A stretch of DNA of 64,000 nt, taken from assembly GCA_023819145.1 (NCBI GenBank), contig JAMWCW010000001.1:66400-130399 (forward strand), given 5' to 3'. Origin of the DNA: Candidatus Omnitrophota bacterium (GTDB lineage Bacteria > Omnitrophota > Gorgyraeia > DTHP01). Position numbers and translations under genes: made by a program. The notes beneath the pieces are model-generated. The model was not told the DNA's origin, did no database searches, and worked only from the letters and a program-made list of their open reading frames with translations. Numbering within the stretch: the stretch's first letter is position 1; each line of letters begins with the position of its first letter. Of the stretch, positions 31,923-42,100 are shown one piece after another.

Positions 31923-34109
31923 ATGAAGAAAGGTTTATTAAGGAAAGGAACCTTCATCGGGTTTCTTTTTTTATTGTTCTGGACAAGTAAGGTGAAGGGA
32001 GAAAAACAGGAAAGGAGTTTGGATAGTATAGAGCTAAAAGAACGGAATGAAGGGATACGGTTGATTATCTTGACCGACCAACCAGTAGAATATTCAGTGT
32101 ATGAAACCGACCTTCCTCCACGGCTGATTGTTGACCTCATCGGTACAGATATTTATGCCCATTCTAGAGTACCTTCTCATCTTGTGGTAGATAAATCACA
32201 ACTTAGGGCGGTGAACTTGCGTTGGTATGGCAAGCCTCCAGAAAAAGAAGGAGAACGGGCAAAAGTAGATTTGATAGAGTTTTTGCTAAAGAAAAAAGTT
32301 AAATATAAAGTGCTTAAACAAAATAACCGGATTATCGTAGATTTGGATTTACCGGGTTTTGTGCCTACGAAAGAGATAACGGAGGAGAAAGAAGTAAAAA
32401 CCCCTTTAGTAAATTTAGAACCCAGATTTCTGGAAGAAACCGAGGGTTGGGAAAAATGGATGGACATTGCCCTTGCCAATTACAAACCACTCCATATCGC
32501 TTATGAACAGGTGGAACTGGCACAGATAAAGGTGCGCGAAGCAAGAAGAATGCTTTTCCCGATTACGGTGATTAAGGCTGGACGCACCCGCGGTGATACT
32601 TCCGTAAGGGATGTCAGTTTTACGGAACAATCCTTTGGGATTCAGATGGAACAACCCATTAGCCAGGGAGGAGAACTGCGTTATAAATTGGAACAGGCTC
32701 TGGTTAATATGGATATTGCTCAGCGCGAGTATGAGCGGATAAAGGCAGATTATATGCTGGAAGTGAAACGCGCCTATTACAATTTACTGATTTATATTAT
32801 GAATGCAAAAATTTATGAAGATATTTTTAAGGAAGCAAATGATTTTTTGGAAATGGCCAAAAACCACTATGAAAAGAAATTAATTACCCAGTTGGAATTC
32901 CTCAATGTCCAGTCCCTCTATAGCCAGATTAAATACCAGCTGGTGGCTGCCCAGAAAGACCGCACCTTGGCAGAGCTTACTTTCAAACAAGTGCTAAACT
33001 TAGACCCCACGGTTACGCTGGAGCTTGAAGGCTGGTTAAAATTTGAAAAGCTTAATTTACACTTAGAACGGTGCAAGGAAATTGCTTTTAAGAAGAGGCC
33101 AGAGTTATCCATTAATGAGTTGATTGTCCGCTTTAATGAGTTAGGACAGAAAGCAGCAGATTCCAAAGAGAAACTTAAAGTTAGTCTAAGCGGATATTTG
33201 GGCACTACGGGAAGTGCCTATGATACTGAAGAGTTAAAGATGAAATCTGACTGGTTTCTAGGGCTTAAACTGAGCAAGGCATTTGGAGGGAATACCTTAA
33301 ATACCTCCCTGGTCAAGGAAGAGACGGTTCCTCGGCTTTCTCTTTCCCAGGAAAAAACCGGGAGTATAAGCGCCTCTGCAGAGTTTAATCTCTTAGATGG
33401 ACTTAGTCGTTTATCAGAGAAAAAAGGAGCCAGCGTAGAATATCTGCGCGCGGTGAATGAATTGTGGGAGGTGAAAAAGACTGTGGAATCAGAAGTGGTC
33501 AGTTCTTTTAACGAGTATCAGAAAGCCCTTTATCAATTAGATAATGTCTGGGAACGTATCCAGTTTCAGAAGAAGCGCGTGGATGTGACGGAGGCGCGCT
33601 GGAAACTGAATGAGGCAGGTATTTCTGATGTGCTGGAAGCAAAGATTGCCCTTGCTTCGGAAAAAGCATATTACAATAATCTCTTAGCCAATTACTATGG
33701 GGCGTTGAGCACGCTTACAAAAGCGTGCGGTCTGTATAAATATGCGGAGTTGATTCAAGGAGCTTCTCCGGAAATATTCTGGCATCGGGTAGCGGGAACA
33801 GAGGAACTTGATTATACCCAACTGCATAAGGAAGTTTTTCTTCCTAAGGGCGAGAAAATAGTCAAAATTGAGGACCTTCCCGGAGGGAAAATTATTGCGG
33901 TAAATAACGAAAGTGGTTTTGCCATCATTAATCTCGGTCAGGACCAGGGTGTAAGAGAAGGAGCAGAGTTGTGGGTGTATCGCCGGAAGGAAAAGGTGGG
34001 AGTATTAAAAGTCAGTAAGACCAAAAATGCTACTTCTTCTTGTAGGATTGCCCGTGCGGAAGCAGGAGAGAAAATTAGATTAGGGGATGAAGTAAAGGTA
34101 ATACCTTAG
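31923..34109 (+). CDS. outer-membrane efflux protein (TolC/OEP family) with AMIN-like N-terminal domain and extra C-terminal beta-domain
   Basis: Start moved to ATG 31923 after RBS aggaggga; signal FIGFLFLLFWTS; IRLIILTDQPVEYSVYETDLPPRLIVDLIG resembles AMIN; long coiled-coil OEP repeats (LEQALVNMDIAQREYERIKADY...LITQLEFLNVQSLYSQIKYQL); C-terminal GFAIINLGQDQGVREGAELWVYRRKEKVGVLKV; possible promoter TTGACA at 31839-31844. Confidence 0.6.
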   Translation: MKKGLLRKGTFIGFLFLLFWTSKVKGEKQERSLDSIELKERNEGIRLIILTDQPVEYSVYETDLPPRLIVDLIGTDIYAHSRVPSHLVVDKSQLRAVNLRWYGKPPEKEGERAKVDLIEFLLKKKVKYKVLKQNNRIIVDLDLPGFVPTKEITEEKEVKTPLVNLEPRFLEETEGWEKWMDIALANYKPLHIAYEQVELAQIKVREARRMLFPITVIKAGRTRGDTSVRDVSFTEQSFGIQMEQPISQGGELRYKLEQALVNMDIAQREYERIKADYMLEVKRAYYNLLIYIMNAKIYEDIFKEANDFLEMAKNHYEKKLITQLEFLNVQSLYSQIKYQLVAAQKDRTLAELTFKQVLNLDPTVTLELEGWLKFEKLNLHLERCKEIAFKKRPELSINELIVRFNELGQKAADSKEKLKVSLSGYLGTTGSAYDTEELKMKSDWFLGLKLSKAFGGNTLNTSLVKEETVPRLSLSQEKTGSISASAEFNLLDGLSRLSEKKGASVEYLRAVNELWEVKKTVESEVVSSFNEYQKALYQLDNVWERIQFQKKRVDVTEARWKLNEAGISDVLEAKIALASEKAYYNNLLANYYGALSTLTKACGLYKYAELIQGASPEIFWHRVAGTEELDYTQLHKEVFLPKGEKIVKIEDLPGGKIIAVNNESGFAIINLGQDQGVREGAELWVYRRKEKVGVLKVSKTKNATSSCRIARAEAGEKIRLGDEVKVIP

Positions 34110-34142
34110 GTAAAATCAAAAATTAGCAAAAGGAGGAGAAAA

Positions 34143-35411
34143 ATGGCAAAAATGTCTCCTAAGAATTTAAGGATTGTAATTTTGATACTTATGGTGGTGT
34201 TAGTGATGGTTTTAGCGAAGAAATTAGCCAAGCCACCTCCGCAACCCCCAAAAGGGAGGACTACTGCTACTAAGGTTAGTCCCAAACTTACGCGGGGCGC
34301 AGAAGTGAAAAAGGAAGAAAAAAAGAAGAAAAAAGAGGAAAAAGCACCTCAGATTCCTTCTGCCTTGGAACAATTGCTGATGGGCACGGGTGAGGCAGAG
34401 AAAATTCCCGTTAAAGTTTATAAAATCTCCCGCACCGATTTTCAGGATGAACTGCCCATTGTGGGAACAGTAAGGAGTATTCCGGAGATAGACCTGAAGT
34501 TTGAGATAAATGGCAGAGTGGCAGAAATCCGGTTTAAGGAAGGAGAGCGGGTGAAAAAAGGAGAGCTTATTGCCCGGTTAGACCAAAAAGATGCCCAGTT
34601 AGAACTCTCTTGGGCAGAGGCAAAATATAATGCGGCGTTAGCAGAGGCAGAAGCAGTAAAGAAACGTGCAGAGACTATTGAGAAATTGTATGAAGTAGGG
34701 GCAATTGTAGAAGCACGGGTGGAAGAAGCAAGAGCAGAAGTCAAAGCCTCAGAAGAAAGAGCCAAAGTAGCAAAGGCAGAAGTAGAATCGGCTAAATCAA
34801 GACTGGAAAAGACTAATCTCTATGCTTCTCAAAATGGGATTATGGGCCCCCGGGACCTAGATGTAGGAGAGTTTGTTACCCCCAATGAACGTTTGGGAAC
34901 GCTTTTTAGTGAAGAGAATACTTTTATTGAAGTGGGGGTGATTGAAAAAGATATAGGTAAAGTTCAGACGGGTCAGAGGGTCATTGTAAATGTTGACGCT
35001 TATCCCTATACTGATTTCTATGGAGTAGTAGAAAATATCTTTCCTAACTTAGAAGCACGTACCCGCACCTTGAATGTACGCATCAGACTTATAGAAACCA
35101 AAACGACGCTTCTTCCAGGAATGTTTGCCCGGACAAGGATTGTGGTCTATACGAAAAAGAATGCCTTGGTTGTTCCCAGCACCGCACTGTCAGTAGAAGG
35201 GAGAAGATATTTTGTTCCCGTTGTTAAGGATAATCGGGTAAGGAATAAAGAAGTGTTTACCGAGTATGCCACGTTAGACTATGCAGTGATTGCCCGTGGA
35301 TTGGAAGAAGGGGAATTGGTTATTGTTGAGACGCCGGGATTAAAGAAATTAAAAGACGGAACTCCTGTGGAGATTACCGAGACCCAAGAGAAATTGGCCT
35401 CGGGTAAATAG
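34143..35411 (+). CDS. RND efflux membrane-fusion (periplasmic adaptor, HlyD family) protein
   Basis: Single N-terminal TM, lysine-rich linker, coiled-coil hairpin DQKDAQLELSWAEAKYNAALAEAEA, beta-barrel/lipoyl-like segments; position upstream of two RND pumps; RBS aaaggagg. Confidence 0.65.
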   Translation: MAKMSPKNLRIVILILMVVLVMVLAKKLAKPPPQPPKGRTTATKVSPKLTRGAEVKKEEKKKKKEEKAPQIPSALEQLLMGTGEAEKIPVKVYKISRTDFQDELPIVGTVRSIPEIDLKFEINGRVAEIRFKEGERVKKGELIARLDQKDAQLELSWAEAKYNAALAEAEAVKKRAETIEKLYEVGAIVEARVEEARAEVKASEERAKVAKAEVESAKSRLEKTNLYASQNGIMGPRDLDVGEFVTPNERLGTLFSEENTFIEVGVIEKDIGKVQTGQRVIVNVDAYPYTDFYGVVENIFPNLEARTRTLNVRIRLIETKTTLLPGMFARTRIVVYTKKNALVVPSTALSVEGRRYFVPVVKDNRVRNKEVFTEYATLDYAVIARGLEEGELVIVETPGLKKLKDGTPVEITETQEKLASGK

Positions 35412-35492
35412 TATTTTTGGTTAAATAGTTAAATTGGTTAGATGGGTAAATAGTTAAAAGGTTAAATAGTCAATTAGTTGATTTAATTTGCG
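35412..35492. repeat. tandem ~16-bp repeat GGTTAAATAGTTAAAN x about 4
   Basis: ttggttaaatagttaaattggttagatgggtaaatagttaaaaggttaaatagtcaattagttga read directly between the MFP stop and the RND start. Confidence 0.5.
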
Positions 35493-35495
35493 AAG

Positions 35496-38400
35496 ATGAG
35501 ATTACCTGAGTTTTCAGTAAGAAAGCCGGTTACGGTAACCATGATTTTTCTGGGAGTGGCGCTTTTAGGATACATTTCCTGGACAAGACTTCCCCAAGCA
35601 CTTTTTCCTGCCATTACTTATCCCCAGATTACAGTAGTTACCGTTTACGAAAACGCTGCTCCCGAAGAGGTAGAGATTCTTATCACCAAAGTTATTGAAG
35701 AGGTGGTAGGTACTGTACCTAATCTTAAACGCATTTCTTCTATCTCCAAAGAGGGTCTTTCCACAATTATTCTAGAATTTAACTGGGGAACCAATATGGA
35801 TTTGGCTTCTTTGGCAGTGCGGGAGAAAATTGATTTAATTAAAGAAAGACTTCCCTTAGGCGCGCAAGACCCGATTGTAATGAAATATAATCCTTTTGAA
35901 CTTCCGGTAGTGATTCTTTCGGTTACCGGACCAATCAGCCCTCTGGAATTACGCGAGGTCTGCCGTAAGGTAATCAAAGATGAAATAGAAAAAATTGAGG
36001 GTGTTGCCTCCGCAAACATTACCGGAGGATGGGAAAGGGAAATCATCGTGGAAGTTGACCAAGGAAGACTTTCCGCAAACGGAATTCCTATTTTGCGCAT
36101 TGTTAATGCCTTGAAGGAAACAAATTTTTCTTTTCCTGCAGGGACAATAAAGGAGACATTTTTTGAGTATCTGATTCGCACCATGGGAGAATTCGAAAGG
36201 GTTAATGAAGTAAAGAGTGTGGTAATCGAAGCAATGGAACCCAACCCACCAAAGACTCGTTACGAAATGTTCTTGCAGGAAAGAGAGAAGAAAGAAAAAG
36301 ATAGACGCCTGATTTCTCTTTCCGATTTAGCCACGGTAAGAGATGCTTGGAAGGAACAAACCTCCATCTCCCGCTACAACGGCAAAGACAATGTGACGGT
36401 TTCGGTAATGAAACAGGCGGATGCCAATGTTGTGCTTACCGCACGTAAGGTAAGAGAGGTTTTGGAGAAGATTAAAGATAGAATTCCTAAACAATTGAAT
36501 GTAGAAGTTATCTATGACCAGTCGGAATTTATCCGCGCTTCCATCCAGGATTTAAAGACAAATGCCTGGCAGGGAGGCGTGCTTGCCTTTTTAGTACTTT
36601 TGTTATTCTTGCGCGAGTTCCGTAGTTCTTTGATTATCAGTCTCTCCATACCTGTTTCCATTATGGCTGCGCTGTGCATGATGTATTTTCAGGGCATAAG
36701 TATCAATATGATGTCCCTAGGAGGATTGGCTTTAGGAGTGGGAATGATTGTAGATAATTCCATCGTTGTTTTGGAAAACATTTATCGTTATCGCAAACAG
36801 TATGGCAAAGGATTTAGGGAAGCAGTTATTTTGGGAGCAACCGAGATGGGCTCGGCAATTACCGGTTCGACATTGACTACCGTTGTCGTTTTTGTTCCCC
36901 TAATCTATGTGGTGGGAATTGCCGGGCAACTTTTCCGAGAAATGGCTTTGACCATTACCTACTCTTTGCTTATTTCTTTGGTTGTTGCTTTGACGCTTGT
37001 TCCTCGTCTGGCAGCAATAGGTAGCGAAAAAAAAGAGATAGAGATTAGTAAAGAGGTAAGGAAAAAAGAGCCAAAATTCTTCTTAAAGATCGGTAATGCC
37101 TATGCAAGACTAATTGCTATTTTTTTAAAATTTCGTTTTATAGGTCTTTTTCTCATTGGACTTGTTTTTATTTTGAGTATTGGGATGCTTGCTAAATCGG
37201 ACCGAGAATTGTTGCCCAAAATTGATGAGAGGCAGTTTGTTCTGAAATTAGAGATGCAGACCGGAACAAAATTAGAAGTAACCGACCGAATATGCCGAGA
37301 GGTGGAGAAAGCACTTTTAAGTATTCCCGATATAGAAGGCGTAAGTTTGGCTATCGGTTCTACACGTGAGGAAAGAACCGGTGAAGTGGTGGAGACGATG
37401 GGTTCGCACCAAGCACGCTTTGTTGTGAATTTAAAGAAAGTGAATCGCCGGGACCCTGGTTATCGCTCGACGCAAGAGATAATTAATGTTTTCCAGGAGG
37501 AATTGGCGCATGCAAATTTGGAAGGAGCGCGTCTGGAGTATATTTTGCAAGAAAGTGTGTTCAAGATGGCTTTTCAGGCAGGTAAACCCATAAGTTTAGA
37601 AATAAAAGGGCATGATTTAAAAACTCTGGAAGCAATTTCCAAAGATATGGAGAAAATGTTGCAAGGAATTTCTGGGGTTTATGGAGTTACTTCCTCACTC
37701 GCTCCTCCCCATCCTGAAACAAAAGTCAATGTTTTAAAAGATAAGGCAGCTTACTATAATCTCTCGGTAAACGATATCGCTATGTCTGCCCAAGTGGCTA
37801 TCAAAGGACATGTCGCCACCAAGTTTAAAGAAATGGGGCAGGAATATGATATAAGAGTGCGATTGAGGGAAGAGGACAGGAATGAGATGAATAAACTAAG
37901 GCAGATATTGATTCATTCTAATGCGCTTGATGTGGATATTCCGCTTTCTGATGTTGCCTATATTGTTTCCGGAACCGGTCCAAGTCAGATTGAAAGATTA
38001 GACCAGCAGAGAGTAATCGTCCTTTCTGCTAATATTTATAAACGTGGATTTGATAAAGTGGCGAAGGACATTGAATCTGCTTTATCCCGCTACAGGATAC
38101 CCGAGGGATTTACTATAAAGTTGGGAGGCGAGCGTAAGGATATGGAAGAATCTTTTAAATCATTGCGTTTTGCCCTTATCCTTTCACTTATTCTCAACTA
38201 TATGGTTATGGCTTCGGAATTCGAATCTTTATGGCAACCGTTTATTATTATGTTCAATCTTCCTCTATCAATAATCGGTGTTGCCTTGGCAATATTTTTC
38301 ACCCGTACCACTTTAAATTCGGTGGTGATTTTAGGAACGATTATGTTGGGAGGAATTGTGGTTAATAATGGAATTGTTTTAATCGAGACGATAAACAGCC

Positions 38401-39026
38401 TCCGTAAGGAAGGGATGGTTGTAGAGAAGGCTTTAATCCAGGCAGGATTACAGAGGGTGCGTCCGATTATGATGACCTCGTTGACTACAATATTGGGACT
38501 ACTTCCGCTTGCTTTGGGTTTAGGAGAGGGAGCTGAATTGCGTGCGCCGATGGCAATTACGGTTATTGGAGGGCTATTATCCGGAACATTCTTGACCCTT
38601 TTGGTGATTCCAGCTCTCTATTTAATCGTGTTTAGATTCTTTGCCCTCTTTAGAAAGAAGGAGGTTTTAGTAGAGATTGAGCCGCCGGAAATAATTCACG
38701 AAGGCGTAAAGCCCATTCCTGTAGAAATAACCCCGGAGGTAAAAATACTACCTGAGAAAGAAACAGTTCCTCAAATTTCCGGCATTCCTTTTGCCGAAGA
38801 GAAACTTCCTTTAGTGGAAGAGGAGAAACTCGGCGGATTGAACGAACGTCAGAAAAAGTTTTTAGCAGAGTTAAAGACAAAAATTCGTCTTACACGCAAA
38901 GATTATATTAAATTATTTAATGTTTCTATGCCCACTGCTGCACGGGATATTAAGATTTTGGTAGAAAAAGGTTTTATCCGTGCTAAAGGTCCTGCAGGAC
39001 CGGGGAGATGGTATGAACTGACATAA
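35496..39026 (+). CDS. RND multidrug efflux permease (AcrB/HAE1 family) with ~130-aa C-terminal extension carrying a winged-HTH-like motif
   Basis: 12-TM RND architecture; conserved GLALGVGMIVDNSIVVLENI and VVFVPL motifs, both repeated in the second half; C-terminal tail ERQKKFLAELKTKIRLTRKDYIKLFNVSMPTAARDIKILVEKGFIRAKGPAGPGRWYEL. Confidence 0.8.
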   Translation: MRLPEFSVRKPVTVTMIFLGVALLGYISWTRLPQALFPAITYPQITVVTVYENAAPEEVEILITKVIEEVVGTVPNLKRISSISKEGLSTIILEFNWGTNMDLASLAVREKIDLIKERLPLGAQDPIVMKYNPFELPVVILSVTGPISPLELREVCRKVIKDEIEKIEGVASANITGGWEREIIVEVDQGRLSANGIPILRIVNALKETNFSFPAGTIKETFFEYLIRTMGEFERVNEVKSVVIEAMEPNPPKTRYEMFLQEREKKEKDRRLISLSDLATVRDAWKEQTSISRYNGKDNVTVSVMKQADANVVLTARKVREVLEKIKDRIPKQLNVEVIYDQSEFIRASIQDLKTNAWQGGVLAFLVLLLFLREFRSSLIISLSIPVSIMAALCMMYFQGISINMMSLGGLALGVGMIVDNSIVVLENIYRYRKQYGKGFREAVILGATEMGSAITGSTLTTVVVFVPLIYVVGIAGQLFREMALTITYSLLISLVVALTLVPRLAAIGSEKKEIEISKEVRKKEPKFFLKIGNAYARLIAIFLKFRFIGLFLIGLVFILSIGMLAKSDRELLPKIDERQFVLKLEMQTGTKLEVTDRICREVEKALLSIPDIEGVSLAIGSTREERTGEVVETMGSHQARFVVNLKKVNRRDPGYRSTQEIINVFQEELAHANLEGARLEYILQESVFKMAFQAGKPISLEIKGHDLKTLEAISKDMEKMLQGISGVYGVTSSLAPPHPETKVNVLKDKAAYYNLSVNDIAMSAQVAIKGHVATKFKEMGQEYDIRVRLREEDRNEMNKLRQILIHSNALDVDIPLSDVAYIVSGTGPSQIERLDQQRVIVLSANIYKRGFDKVAKDIESALSRYRIPEGFTIKLGGERKDMEESFKSLRFALILSLILNYMVMASEFESLWQPFIIMFNLPLSIIGVALAIFFTRTTLNSVVILGTIMLGGIVVNNGIVLIETINSLRKEGMVVEKALIQAGLQRVRPIMMTSLTTILGLLPLALGLGEGAELRAPMAITVIGGLLSGTFLTLLVIPALYLIVFRFFALFRKKEVLVEIEPPEIIHEGVKPIPVEITPEVKILPEKETVPQISGIPFAEEKLPLVEEEKLGGLNERQKKFLAELKTKIRLTRKDYIKLFNVSMPTAARDIKILVEKGFIRAKGPAGPGRWYELT

Positions 39027-39094
39027 ATTCGAAGCACGAAATCCGAAGCTTGAAACAGGAAATTTAAAACTAGAAACTCTCGTTCCTTTGGGGC

Positions 39095-39180
39095 GATGTA
39101 ATTTGTAAATCGTAAACCGTAATTCAGGAAAACGAACCCGAAGAACAGAACTGACTGAACGAGCTAACGAACCAAAGGGA
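39095..39180. repeat. second copy of composite GTAAT 7-mer / AACGAA repeat element
   Basis: tgtaatt tgtaaat cgtaaac cgtaatt, then aaaacgaac...gaacgagctaacgaacc; related to 3786-3905. Confidence 0.5.
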
Positions 39181-39196
39181 GTTAACATTAAGTAAA

Positions 39197-42100
39197 ATGA
39201 ATCTGCCAAAATTATCCATTCATCGGCCAGTTACTTTTACCATGGTTTTCTGGGGAATAATTCTTGTAGGCATAGTTTCCCTACAGCGTTTGCCTGTAGA
39301 GATGATGCCCAATGTAGCTTTTGAAGATATCTCCATAATTATTCAGATTCGAGGAGGAATTCCTCCTTCTGATGTAGAGATGCTGGTTACTAAGCCAGTG
39401 GAAGAGGCGGTTGGTGGTGTGAGTCACTTAAGGGAAATTATTTCTATCTCTGAGGAGGGAGAGTCGCGGGTGGTTTTAAGGTTTGAGCCCGGAACCAATA
39501 TGGATTTTGCCGCATTAGAGGTGAGAGAAAAATTTTCACGTATTGTTGATAAACTTCCCCGAGAAATTGAAAAGCCAGTGATTGCAAAATATCAAAAGAC
39601 TGATGTTCCAATAGTTATTCTTGCCGTTACCGGAATAGGTTATACTCCGGAAATTTTAAGACGCTTGGTAGATGAGAAGATAAAAGAGCGTTTTCAGCGT
39701 TTGGAAGGGGTGGCTAATGTGGAAGTAGTGGGAGGGAGAGAAAGGAAAATTCTCATTGAGGCAAGACAAGATGACTTACAGAGATACGGGATTCCCTTAG
39801 GCCGTGTGCTTAATATTTTAAATTTGAACAATCTTAATCTTCTGGCGGGAGAGATAAAGAGGGAAAGAGATAAATTTCTTATTCGCACGATGGGACAATA
39901 TGAAAATATTTCTGATATTGAGAATTTGGGAGTGGGGGTTTCTCATCAGGGTTCAGTAATCAGACTTAGAGATGTTGCTTTTGTGAAGGACTCTTTTCTT
40001 GAACCCATAGATTTGGCACGTGTGGATATCCAGCCGGTAGTTTCTTTGTATCTCCAGAAAGAATCAACTGCTAATACCGTTAAGGTAGTTGAATCGATAA
40101 AAAAAGAAATTGAAGAAACCCGCTTCATTATTCCTAAGGATATTGTAATGAAACTGACTTACAATCAAGCGGAGGCAATTCGTGATGCTATTTCTGCGGT
40201 AAAGAGTTCACTTTTCTGGGGAGGTATTTTGGCGATTATAGTACTTTTCTTTTTCTTGTGGGATTTGAAATCAACTTTAATTATTGGTATTTCTATTCCG
40301 GTTTCTGTCATCGCTACTTTTGCTTTTATGTTTTTTGCTAAACTTACTTTGAATGTTATGACTTTGAGTGGGCTTGCTTTAGGCATAGGGATGTTGGTGG
40401 ATAATTCTGTCGTGGTTTTGGATAATATTTTTAAAAAAAGAGAAGTCGGCCTTTCGCAGAAAAAGGCTGCAGAAGAGGGCAGTTCTGAAGTAACTTTGGC
40501 GATAACTGCTTCTACCCTTACCACGATCGTAGTTTTTTTGCCGATTGTTTTTGTAAATAAAGAGATTAGACTTCTGTATGTAGGGCTTTCCTTAACGGTG
40601 GTTTTTTCCCTGCTTGCCTCGTTGTTTGTGGCAATATCTTTTATACCGCTTTTGGGTTCGCGTTTAGTGATGCGTTCATACGGAAGGAAGATAGAAAATG
40701 TTCCCCGTGCGAGGAGATATTTTATAAAAATAAAGAAATTTTATCGAAACGCTTTAGCTAAAGCTCTCCATTTTCGTTATGCAATAGTGCTCGTTGCCTT
40801 CCTGCTTTTTATTTTTGCTCTCAAGATGGGGAAAAATTTAAAAACCGAGTTTATCGGAGTAACAGAACAAAATGAATTCACCATCCATGTGCAATTACCG
40901 GTGGGAGCGAAATTGGATGTTTCGGATAAGTGCGTAGAGCAGATAGAAAGGGTAGCCAAGGAGCTTCCTGAAGTCAGAACAATTTCTTCGCGCATTGAGC
41001 GCTGGTCTTCAAAAATATATGTAAGACTCTATCCTTTAGCCCAACGTGCAAGGTCTACCCAGGAGATTATTAATGAACTCCGTCCCAGAACTGAGGAGAT
41101 TGAACGTTACTATGATGCCTTCATCTATTTTGAAGAACCTCAGGAAGTAGGGACACGGGAAGTTTTTTTAGATGTGTTTGGTTATGATTATGAAGTATTG
41201 AAGAATCTTGCCATTGCTATGGCAAGTAAACTCCAGACAGTAAAAGGAATGACCGATGTCAAGATAAGAATGCGCGAAGGACGGCCAGAACTGCGATTAT
41301 TTATTGATAAAGAAAAAGCAGCTTCATTTGGGTTAAATATCGAAGATATTTCTACCACCATTCATGGACAGATGCGTGGTTTGCGTGCTACCTATTACCA
41401 TACGGAAGCAAAAGAGGTGGAAATAGTAGTGCGTCTTCATGAAGACGACCGTCGGCGGTTTAAAGATTTACATCGTCTTATTCTTACCTCTCGCGATGGA
41501 AATAGTGTTTATCTTAACCAGATTGCGAATTTTCGTTTTGATATCGGTCCGAGTGAAATCTGGCGCAAGAATAAACAGAGGATGGTTCAGGTGAGTGGAA
41601 GCAGAGGTTCTATGTCTTTGAAAGAAGCGGGTGAGAAAATTAAAGAGGCCTTAAAGAGCGTGGAATTTCCCAAAGACTATTTTTATCGCTTTGGTGGTGA
41701 TTATGAGAAAATGTTGAAAAATCAGAAAGAATTTACTTTTGCTATATTTTTAACTTTATTTTTGGTATACTTAGTAATGGCTTGTTTATTTGAGTCATAT
41801 GCTCAACCGTTAATTATTATGATGACAGTTCCTTTGGCAGCGATTGGTGTGGTTTCTATAATGCGAATTACGGATACTTCTATAAATATTGGCGCGCTGA
41901 TTGGATTTATGATGTTAGGGGGAATTGTGGTGAACAACGCCATAGTTTTAATTGATTTTATTAATTTAAAATTGCAAAATAAGAAGCATAAAAGGTATAA
42001 TTTACTCAAAGCTTTGATTTTTGCGGGAGAGGATAGGTTGCGTCCGATACTTATGACTACCATTACTACTTTATTGGGACTTACGCCGATGGCCCTTGAC

